Assembly: GCA_013239625.1 (NCBI GenBank)
Contig: MU054391.1
Span: forward strand, 436,001 to 496,000
Source of the DNA: Lama guanicoe
Lineage: Eukaryota
DNA: 60,000 nucleotides
Direction: 5' to 3'
Shown: positions 50,160 through 60,000 of the stretch, piece after piece
Layout: each line of letters opens with the position of its first letter
How positions within the stretch are numbered: position 1 is the stretch's first letter
Position numbers and translations under genes: made by a program
Notes under the pieces: model-generated
The model's input: only the letters and a program-made list of their open reading frames with translations
Told to the model about the DNA's origin: nothing
Database searches by the model: none

Positions 50160-51274
50160 GTGTGTGTCCCTCGTCCGACGTGGAGTCGCTGAGAAACCCT
50201 GCAGCCTCACCAGCCGGTGACGCCCCCTTGGCCTCCCCAAAGTGCAGGCCCTCCGTCCAGGCGGGTTCCGCGTGTGCAAAAGCAGCAACAGTCAGTGATG
50301 GCGGCAACACCAGGTGAGCACCGGGAGAAGTCCGTGGTCAGAGGAGAGCTGGTTTGCCGCCGGGAGTGGTTCCGACTGTGGAAAGGTGGCCGTCGGGCCT
50401 CCGCGAAGGGTCAGTCACTAGAAGGAGAAATGCTGTTTTCAGTTCTGAATGTGAACAGAACTAGACTGGAAACAAGAGGCATTGCTGTCCAACCTGCAGA
50501 GACGTCACTGAAACCCTGCGGTGAGAAGGCCAGACCAGCCCCGGCTCCTGGGCCAGCGTCCGAGCTCTGAGCCGAGCCCAGGGGGCCCCTTCCGGCTGCA
50601 TCGCTCCCGGGGTTTCTCCTGAGAGCGAGCCGGCCGACAGCTCAGCCTGTGTCCGCCCCGGGACGCTCCTTCGGTGGTCTTTTACCAAAACATCCGTTGT
50701 TCTGGGCCCACGACCTTGGACTGCTCCAAGTTCTGCTGGAAACGGAGTGAGTTCCTTTGGAAGGAGGCAGGAGCTGTAGACTTTACGCCCTGTTTCCCCG
50801 GCCCCCCGACCCCCAGGTGGGATCTCTGAGCCAGGGCTCTGGAGCAGGACGTGGAGACGGGGACGCACGTGGCTGTAAAGGCCCCTGTGTTCTGACCCAG
50901 GCAGCCCCCCCAGGGCGGGACTGACACCTGGCCGGGATGTGTGCTCGCGGAAAGACAGGGCTGTGCGGTCAGGGACCCTGCTCTGGCGGCTTCGGCCCTG
51001 AATGTGCAGGGCTGTTTTATGTCGTCTCCGGTTCCTTCCCTTCCGTCACATCCTTCTGTCTGTTTAGTGAAACCATGATTAAACCCATGTCTGAAAGATT
51101 ATTAAAGTGTAATTTAGTGCAAACCTTGTTTTTTTTTAAAAAAGGTTTGTTTTGTTTTGTTATTTTTTTAACCTTTCAGTTGTCTCCTTAAGGACATGAA
51201 TGCAAACTGCATGGATTAGATACATGGTTTCTTTAAAAAAGGAACAGCGGTATGAATGACACTCCTTTATTGTA

Positions 51275-51627
51275 ATCATTACGTTAGTTCAGGCTGCAGT
51301 AACAAAGTACCATAGGCTGGGGCTTAAACAACAGAAACGTATGTTCTCAGAGTTCTGGAGGCGGGATGTGCAGGATCAAAGCTCCGGGGGGTTCAGTGCC
51401 TGGTGAGGACTCTCCTCCTGACTGCCCAGTGGCCGGCTCTGCAGCTCGTCCTCGGGTGGAGACCAGCTCGGGGCCGCATCTCACAGGGACAGCAGTCCTG
51501 TCGGGTCAGGGCCCCCCGTCCGATCTCGCTCAGGCTTCTCTCCTTGGAGGCCCGTCTGCAGAGACGCCGCCCTGGGGTCTGGGCTTCCACATACAGATCC
51601 TGGGGGGACACACGTCAGCCTGTGACA
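51275..51627. mobile_element. MLT1A-like solo LTR, near full length
   Basis: GGCTGCAGTAACAAAGTACCATAGGCTGGGGCTTAAACAACAGAAACGTATGTTCTCAGAGTTCTGGAGGC...GGGCTTCCACATACAGATCCTGGGGGGACACACGTCAGCCTGTGACA. Confidence 0.85.
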
Positions 51628-52196
51628 GTAGATGTGTGTACATCCCCTTGGAAAGAGAGGCTGTGCAGGGTAGGAAAGAACTACTGAGTTAGTTACAGTT
51701 ATGTTGCTGTTACGAGAACTGTCACGGTAGGTTTGGGGAAGGAGGTTTTTATGGTGAAAATAAAGGAGAACCAACTTCTTCGAAAGCCCTTTTGTAAATC
51801 AGAAGTGCGTGCGTGGTCACAGGCGCGCCTCACGCTGAGTGGCGGTGCTGCTTGACCTGCGCCGTCTCCCTGTGTCAGGAGCTTCAAACACCACGATGAA
51901 CGGTCTTCAAAAAGCTGGGCTCAGGACCCCGTCAGACAGGCACGCCACCATTCCCGCGAGAGCAGGGTGCACTTCCTGTCCGAATTGCCTTCCACGTGTT
52001 TAGTAAATAGGACTGGCTCTTGGTGGCGGATGTCAGGGCCTTGAGCTTGCTTTCAGCAGACCTACCCGAGATCCTGACACGGGCTGGCTGAGCGCTGGGT
52101 TTGCCCTGGTGACTGCGGACGGGGTCACCTCCGCCCCCTCCAGTCGCCCCCTCTGGATCCGAGGGGCCCCCTCCAGCGTCTCCGCTCTTCCCGCAG

Positions 52197-52325
52197 GTCC
52201 GGCGCGTTCAAGGTGCTGGCCCCAGACGGGGGCAGCACGGGCTCCTGCAGTTTCACACAGCCCAGGACGGCGCCGACTGGCTCAGGGCCGTGTCAGCAAA
52301 CATCAGCCACCGGACGCTGCAGGAC
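52197..52325 (+). CDS. SNTG2: SNTG2 exon 10 homologue (C-terminal half of split PH domain), 129 nt, -1 frameshift
   Basis: ccgcag|GTCCGG...CAGGAC|gtgagt. SGAFKVLAPDGGSTG, frame change near 52240, then LQFHTAQDGADWLRAVSANISHRTLQD. Human is WNAFEVLALDGVSSGILRFYTAQDGTDWLRAVSANIRELTLQN. Confidence 0.93.
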
Positions 52326-53839
52326 GTGAGTGCGGACCTCCCGCCGTGTCCACAAAAGCAATTAAGACTTTTTTGTTACTTGCAGTTGGGCCTAACACAC
52401 TGGTAAGAACATTAAACAGAAGAACATGTCGAATCTCTGACTAAAAAAAGTTAAACAACTGAGTCATTGCAAAGCTGTAATGACTGATGTAAGAGCAGCG
52501 GCAGAACCAAGTGTCTGGATTCTTCGCGCTGGTCGCTCCCCTCCCGCCTGCACAGAAACGCTTGGGCGCAGATGCCTTTATGTGCGTTTTACCCAAGCGC
52601 GTCGGTGTGATGTGGCGTTTTTATTTGGGGAACCTAATCGGGTTCAAGATGTCATTTCCCAAAACACTGAGGAAACTTTCAAAGACGCCCAGCTACCAAG
52701 AATAGTCCTGGTTCACTGCAGGAAGTGTGCTCTGTCTCCTTGAGAGAACCATCTTACGATCAAAGTCAGCACGAAGTTAAAACATAAAATAGCTGGCAGG
52801 TTGAGGTGTGGCGGGAGGCGAGCATCCGTGCAGCATTAAGGTCCCCGAGGCGATTCCTGGCGTCCGCAGTGCGGGGCTCGTGGGAGGACCAGTGCTCGGC
52901 CGGAGGTGGCCGGGCACGGTTTGCTGGTTCTCATTCCCGGCCAGTGCCGTGCCCCGCTGGCCACGCTGGCATCCCAGAGCCGGCTCCATCCCCGGGCCGC
53001 TGTGGAGGAGGGGCCTGGTGTCCTTGGACGCCCTCTGGCCAGCCAGTCACGGCCCCGGCAGCAGCCCGCCACCCCCTCTTCTCACGTACCGCCACCTTCC
53101 GGGGGCTGCTGGAGCACTTTCAGACCCTGTGAGGTTTCTATTCCACAGACCGTGGGGCTCTCCGTTGCACTGGGGGTACCTGCTCCTCTCTAGGACCTCA
53201 GTTCTCCTACCTGACATTTTGACTTCCAAAGGTATCCGGGTGGATGGGAGGAAAGGAACACCCAGGTGGTGGTGGGCGGACACTTGAGAATGCGCGTGAC
53301 CACGAGAGCCCTTCAGGCCGATGGTTCGCACACAGAGCAGCTCGTAGGCAGAGCGGGGGAGGAGACATGAGCGCTCTAGAGCCAGAACTGCGGGCTCAGA
53401 GCCACTTTCCAGCTGCGTAGTCGTGGCCGTGCTGTAAATCCGGGGGAGTGAGGTCCACCGTGCAGGATGGCTGGGGGACCCAGGAAGGAGCGGTGTGAGA
53501 TGTGGGAACTGTAACAACCTTGATCACCTAGGGCAGCGACCACGTCCCCGGACCCTCAGGTGCTGAGCTCTGAGCAGCAGCTGCCCCACTGCCTCACTTC
53601 ACAAAATGCTGATGCCAGAAACAGAGCAGACCGAGTGCTCGTCTTGGGTTTTCTGTGATGCGAGCTGCTACCATGCATTTGTTTCTGCTCTTGTTTTTGG
53701 GGGAAAAGCTTCCTAAAAGACACTTGTTTCCAAGGGTACTTCATGCAGCTGATTAACTTCAGCTGCCAACTCGACAGGGTGGGAAATTACGGCTTTAATA
53801 CACGTATCACGATGACTCCTTGCTCCCCTCTCTCTGCAG

Positions 53840-53878
53840 GTGAGAGTGGTGAATGCGTGCTGTTCTCCTGGTGACCAG
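53840..53878 (+). CDS. SNTG2: SNTG2 exon 11 homologue, 39 nt
   Basis: ctgcag|GTGAGA...GACCAG|gtagga. VRVVNACCSPGDQ vs human MKMANKCCSPSDQ. Confidence 0.88.
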
Positions 53879-56800
53879 GTAGGACTGCGTTTGTGTGGAT
53901 CGTGCAAGTCTCCAGCAGCAGCCTCTTCCGGTTTCTGAAGCTGGATTCGGACTCGTGGATGTGAAAGCCCCAGCGCACGTCAGACCCAAGTCGGGGCCGC
54001 GCCCTCAGTGCCGCCGCGTAAAACTGTCCCTTGTGCTGGGAGTGGCGCCGGGAGCCGCTCCGCCCTGAGAGCCGGATCTCGGTGCTGTGGGCAGCCGCGT
54101 TCTGTAGGGGGCCGTGGTCACAAGGTAACTGGGTGTGATCCTTTAAGCTTAGAGAGGATAGATGGCGGAGACACGCCTGTGTAATTCGGAATGTTTTTCA
54201 TTGAAGCGTAGTCAGTTACAGCAGGTAGCTTCTGGATTCCTGTCGTTTTCTCAGATGGTGCCCTTGTTTGGGAAGTTTCGCTCTGGGGAGGCCTTTGACG
54301 CCGCAGATCCTGTTCCTGGGGAAGAGCGCCCCCTGACGAAATGGTGTGTTCACTTTGGGGGGCCCCTACCTCGACCCAGGTTCCCTGCCCCGTGAGGAAC
54401 CCTCAGTTCTTCCTTCTGAGAGCAGAGGCCGGCCCTGAACACGCCCGACTTCCTGGCTCGAGGGGTGCACGCTGACTAGGGGTACAAGTCCTCGGCTGTG
54501 TGTCAGGGGAGCGAGCTTTGAAGTCCCTGTGTTACTCCCTGTTTCCTTTCTGATAAAGTCAAAACCAAAGCTGCAGGCGTGAACCTTTAAAACTTCATAG
54601 CCCATTAGCTTTCTGATTCTAATTCCATAGGTTTGAGGAAGCACCATTGCAGCCTCAAGTTAAAAAAACCAAAGAATCGTTCAGTTTGCTTTAAATAGTT
54701 TGCTTTAAATACTCCAAATAGTGCTTAGTGATAAAATTTGATTCAAAGTGGAAGACATTCAGGAAAGTGTCTGCCAATCAAACGTTTACAGGAAATTAGA
54801 GCCACATTTTAAAGTAAACCCTTCTAGTCGACGTTTTTAAGTTCGAAAAGAAACACTAGGAAAACTTCCTCTACCTTTTATTCCTTTTATAATGTTTCTC
54901 TGAACTTGTGAACAGCTGTGTCTGTGTACATGGGGCAGCAAGGGAGGTGGGCTGTTTGATGAGTAACGTCCCTCAAACGTCCTCAGACAACAGAGGACTC
55001 GTCTTCATGCTTACACACAAACACACTTTCCTTGCTACACCTCGTGTTCCTAAGACAGATGCTTCTCTTGGACTTTCCACTGGGGACACACCTCCCCGTG
55101 GTTCACACGTCGTGTGTCTTCTCTGGATTTATCTCCTAAAGCTGACGGGAGGGAGAACAGACCAGGTCGGTGCCTTTGCCCCCGACAACTGCTTGCCATT
55201 TGAGGTCAGGGTTCTGTCGGCACAATCAGTAGCGGCACGAGGTCCCGTGAGCCTTTTTCTGCTGAGTCAGAGGCTCTTCCCGAACCACGGGGAGCGCCCG
55301 CGGCCAGAGCCCCTTCCTTCCGGCTTCTCTAGGGTCCTTGCTGGGGAGTCACCCCCCCGGGACTTTCCGAACACATCGCTCACACTCAGTAGCCTGGAAC
55401 CGGTCAAGTCCGCGCCCATGAGCACCCCTTGTGCTGAGAAGGCGCCCTGCTGACGTGCGGACCTCCCGGGACTTGGACCTCATGGGTTTGAGGACCCCAG
55501 GGTTCATGGCTGTACTTGAGTCACCTGGCAGGTTGGGAAGGGCACCGGCCTGGAGGTCAAGATGGGTTTTGTTTTGCTTAAAACTGAGCCCCAGGAGAGA
55601 GCCCTGAACAGAGTCTGAGGACCTGACTCCCAGCACGGAGGACATTAAATGAATTATGGTTCAAAACCCTCCGAGGCCATGCAATAGTTTTGCATCGGTT
55701 TTGTCTTAGTGAAATTTATCGCCTCCTGTTAACCATGTTTGTGTGATGCCAGTCTGGGTGGCTCTGTATGAATAAAACCTGGATTCTGGTCTCACGCGAT
55801 CCCTTCTCTGGTGGTGCCGTTTGAGCAAATTAACACTTGATTCCTGGTTTCTTATCTAGAAAATAGGAAAGCTGGCATGGCTAATCTAAAGTCGTTTTTT
55901 AACCCTAAAATGTCTATGTAACTTTGAATTTACTGAAGGGCTTGAATTAGGTTTTTGGAAGGAAATATTGCAGAGGAGCCTCGCTGTGGAGGGTTAAGAA
56001 AGAATTAGATTGTTCCCCATCTTCTCTAAACACTAGACACTTTGCCTGCATCGTAGGAGGTTAGTTTCATGGTGTTGCACCCTGTTTAAAAAAAAGGATT
56101 TTTTCTCACTTTGAACAATTAATTGCTGATCTTGGTGTGTAGCAAGAATAATATCTGAATAAATATGAAAAATAAAGATGCTCGACAGCCACTGAGACTG
56201 GCAAACAAAAGCAGAAGCGAACAGAGTCAGGAGGACAATGCAGAGGCCTGGGCGTAGAGTTTCAGGCTCTCGCGTCTGCTGCGTAACGTGACTGTAATTC
56301 TGCTTCTTTCTGGGGTGCAGAGCAACCTGACGGTAACGCTGAGACCACAGGAGCAGATTTAGAATTGCCCCAGCAGAACCAGGACACGTGTTCACCCTAC
56401 GAAAATAGCAAGAACCTGTTTTCCAAAATGAACTTCCTGAAAACCTGAATTAAAGGGAGACACGGCTCCTTAATCACCAAATTTAAAAGAAGCCTAAATA
56501 GCTCGCGTTGTTTAGCTTTTCCTGTGACAAGGAACAGACCAGTTGTACAGTCATTATCTCGTAGATGCTAAACAAATTATTTTGACTCATTCGGGTGAAA
56601 CAAAGAAAAAGGACTTTTCTATAGAAATGAATCAGAAAAGATAAATGAAAATATGCTCTTTTATTTTAATGGTTAGATCCCCTTGATTCAATATAGTCAG
56701 GTACGTGTTCACTAAATTACAATAGACACTTCTTGGATTATGTAATAAGCCATAAAAGGTAAGATCAGCTTCCCTTGAAACTGTGAGCTGCATATACCTA

Positions 56801-58134
56801 AAAAAGGCTGGTAAAGCTGCCAGTGTTTCCAGTGATAGCTAAGCAGTGACGTATTTCTTTGCTAATTAATGTAGGCAGACTTCAGTCACATACGGAATTT
56901 CATCAACTTCACATCCAATGTTTAGACGATTCAGATATTGACAATTTGTGCGTCGACCCCTTGACCAGGAAAGGAGCCCCCAGTTGGCTCCTCAGCGTCT
57001 AACTCTTGTCGAGGGCTGTGCCCAGCACTGTGTCAACCAGACCCGGGAGGGGAAACAGCAAACCCAACGCCAGCCCAGCCCCGGGGGGGAGGCGGCCCGA
57101 CTGGGGTGGGGGGCGGTGGGGAGACCAGCACGCTCGGTCCTGCTCTGGGCGATGTGGTTCTGGGGTCCCAGCTGGCACCCGGGTCTCCAGAGAAAGAGTG
57201 ACTCTCAGGCTAAGCTGGAATCGACGGTACCTCTGTCCCCGAAGGGCTCGCACGGGGACAGCACAGGCTGCGCTGTGCTAGAGAGCCCGGCTTCCCCGCT
57301 TCAGCCAGAACTCATGCCCTCAGCTCTCCGCTCAGCCGGACCGTCTGTGATGCGACTCTGTGTTCCTGTCTGTCTGTCTATCAGCATCTCTCTGCCTGCC
57401 ATTAATCTACACTTTTACGTCTGTGGGGGTTACAGCCGTCTTAAGTTCCCTCAAGTCAGGTCCCAGTGCGTCATTCTTCCCTCGTGGCGTCTGAACTGCA
57501 GTGCGTGACCAAGTAGTTCATGAAGAGAGAGAGGACGGGGCGACGTGGCAGCACTGGAATGTGCAATTTTAAAAATGAAGGGAGATGCCAGCAGAGTTTT
57601 CCCCATTGCAGACAAAAGAATTACTGTGTCCCCACCCCCGCCCCCCCAGGACCCCAGGCTGCAGGCCCTGTCTGCCGGGGTTCTCAGCAGGGGGGGCCTG
57701 TCTGGGGGCCCAGGGCCTCGCACGGCGCTGCTGGGGGCCTGTGGGGGCTGCTTGCTTCCCGCCGCTTACTTTTTTCCTGGGCCGTGATGATTCTGTGTCC
57801 CCACCAGCCGCACCGACGCAGGGGCAGGAGGAGGAGCTCGGTGCGGTTCCTGGTGACAGATGGAGCATCAAAGCACAGTTTTGAGCTGCTGCCTCGAAAA
57901 CTTGCAGCAATTTAGAGTTGAAACAGTTTTCTATGTTTTCTAAAAATTCTGGCTCCAGGCTTTGACAGTCGTCAGTAAAACCAAGGCCTCCCAGCCGGCC
58001 GACCTGATGCCCCCATCAGCACGCCCTACTGCGTGCCCGTTCCGCTGCTCGTGCAGACACGCACAGTGACAGAGGGAGGACGACACCCCTTCCTTCAGGG
58101 AGCAGGCACCAGGCCCCTCGGCCAGTCCTGCGCC

Positions 58135-58254
58135 GCGGGGCAGATGGTGGGGCGTGCAGCCTCGCCCTCGAAGAGCGTGGGGTGTGATGCGGACGCGGGG
58201 CAGATGGCGGGGCACGCAGCCTCACCCTCAGAGAGCGTGGGGTGTGACGCGGAC
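58135..58254. repeat. Tandem duplication, 2 x 60 bp
   Basis: GCGGGGCAGATGG...GGGGTGTGAYGCGGAC repeated at an offset of 60 with 7 transitions. Confidence 0.95.
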
Positions 58255-60000
58255 CCAGAGGGGAGCAGAGTCCCAGAAGAGTGTACCCAGAAGGGTGCTG
58301 AGACGATCTGGCATCGTGCGATGCCAGCACCCGCGTGCAGACCGCTGCTCCTGCGCCCAGAACAGGCGTGTGCCTGGCTGTCAGTCCTGTTCTGAAGGTG
58401 AGGACGGGGACACAGGGCTCCGAGTAACTCTGGCTCCACGTCCAGAGTCCCTGCCCCAGTGTCACCCAGTGGCCCCCGGCCCACCACTAAGAAGGCAGCC
58501 CTATCAGCAAATAGCATAATGGGGTGGATATTGTCCCAAACCACAGGGCAGCTCATTGGCTCTGATGAATTTGAACTAAGGAAAAAGTATCCAAACACCG
58601 GCCCCTCAAAGACGTTCAGAAGGATGATCACAGGCACCAGCTTAAAATAACCAAGGCAGCTTCCTTAACACCACACACCCAGACTTCACGGACCGGAGGC
58701 TGACTTCTGAGCAAACCCGCTTTTTACTGTGTGTGTTTGCAGCTCCGTATGTTCCTTCACTGTGTGTGTTTTCACTCAGTGTATCTGCAGTTCATTGGTT
58801 TTGGTAACCGTACCCAGAACGAGTCCTGTGTTACGTAAGTTGTACAAATCATCGCGCTCGCACAGCAGTGAGCTGGGATTCAGTAATCACGCCTTGAATT
58901 CATTTAGAAATATCAAGGGTCTGCTAGACTTGCAGAGAGAAAATGAAGTTCTCCTTATGCAGAATATACAAAGAACTCTTAAAACTCAAAGGGTAAGAAC
59001 ACAAACAACGCGGCTACAACGGAGCAGGTGTTAACAATGGAAACTGAGCGCGTCTTACGACTTACAGCCGTATCACCGCTTGTGTTAGAAAGTGTATCTG
59101 TGTGACCCAACCAGACAAAAAGGGGGAGAGTCAGTCGATCCGAGGTGCTCTAGGTAATCCGTGTGGTCAGCTTCAAGGCCACTAGACGCTCAGGGAGTCA
59201 GCTGCATCGGCGTGGTTTCCAGAGCCCTGACTCCCCCGACCTTGGGCCTGCCAGTGCTGTGGGAGGGGCTCCCGAGGCTCAGCGTCAGATTCTCGGAATT
59301 CCCACGGGAGCTAATCACAGAAAACGGAGACCAGCGACGTTACACGGCTCCGAGACACGTATGAAATGACTTTCTTGTCTGCTCACAGTAGACAGCCTGT
59401 TTTAGCACTGGAACCTCACCACGGTGGCGTGGTTCCTACGTCCTCGGGAGACGCTGGCTAGGCCCAGAGGGAACGGGCAGGCTCACGAGCCAGGGAACCA
59501 GCGGGCCACTCTGCAAGGCTCCTGCGTCTAGGCCGGCCTGACGCCCTAGCTCCCGGCTTCAGCACCCAGGCCCAGCAGCGTGGTGCCCGCTGGGCTGTGG
59601 CCGCCACTCTCCGTAAACAGGAGACGTGATTTCCGCTTGTCCGTTGCTAGGAACACTGTTTATGAAAATGGCATTTCTGTAAAATGTCCCCTGGCGCCCT
59701 GACCCAGGCAGCCTCTCACCAGGCAGAGGTGGGACCAGCGAAGATGGGAAGGAGGCGACCTAGCTCGAGCCCGCGGCTGCCGCTGCCGGGAGAGCTCTCC
59801 TGCGAGCTCCCGGGCCTCCGACCCCGAGGGCACGCCCGCCTTCAGACGTTTCGGTCCATAAAGCGGTCGGCGTGTCTGTGATGATGTACTCCTCGTTTTG
59901 TTTAAACGTGCAGCATGTTTTAATGTTCACCGTGCAGGATTTTTGTTGTTGTTAACGTAGCAAAATGCGGAAATGGGAAAATTAAAACGAAATTCCTCTT

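Larger units (their letters stand above)
14675..53878 (+). pseudogene. SNTG2: Gamma-2-syntrophin locus, exons 2-11 homologues, frameshifted (probable unitary pseudogene; 3' exons not found in window)
   Basis: Ten AG/GT-bounded exons in correct order and phase translate to TKTGTALLCD..., VTLRRQPGGGLGLS, GGSAHRVPVVISKI, DRTGMLFVGDAVLQ, VNGIHVGNATHEEV, VTVTVEYLREAP, SSPLFDSGLHLNGN, YEKRRLDALS, DWLRAVSANI, CCSPGDQ. These match recalled human SNTG2. Three exons carry frameshifting deletions. Gene identity is more certain than pseudogene status. Confidence 0.8.

Noticed and set aside
54683..54710. Perfect 14-bp tandem repeat AGTTTGCTTTAAAT x2
   Set aside because: Real but an ordinary slippage duplication.
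58515..58625. IMGW...PSKTFR as possible SNTG2 exon 12
   Set aside because: Spacing and intervening residues do not fit, and there are no convincing splice sites.
59320..59350. GDQRRY resembling downstream SNTG2 EDQRPY
   Set aside because: Isolated short match with non-matching flanks, and out of expected exon order.

Overview
Mammalian genomic DNA, GC-rich and CpG-rich. It is most likely camelid, based on a Vic-1-type tRNA-derived SINE and the style of the young L1 3' ends. The window carries one gene on the + strand: SNTG2 (gamma-2-syntrophin). A CpG island at ~11.3-12.0 kb is followed by ten recognisable coding exons (homologues of exons 2-11, 14675-53878) that encode the split PH domain and the PDZ domain. 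Exons 12 onward were not found. The reading frame is broken by three frameshifting deletions (exon 2: -2 nt; exon 7: -1 nt plus an in-frame -3; exon 10: -1 nt). No ATG-bearing first exon is visible. Many residues differ from human SNTG2 (recalled from memory) in an A/T->G/C direction, yet all 20 splice sites are canonical and there are no in-frame nonsense codons. The best reading is a recently decaying unitary SNTG2 pseudogene, or alternatively assembly indel errors. The rest is young and ancient L1 fragments, MLT1 LTRs, one SINE, short tandem duplications and AT-rich candidate enhancer islands. None of the long ORFs in the track is a credible independent gene.
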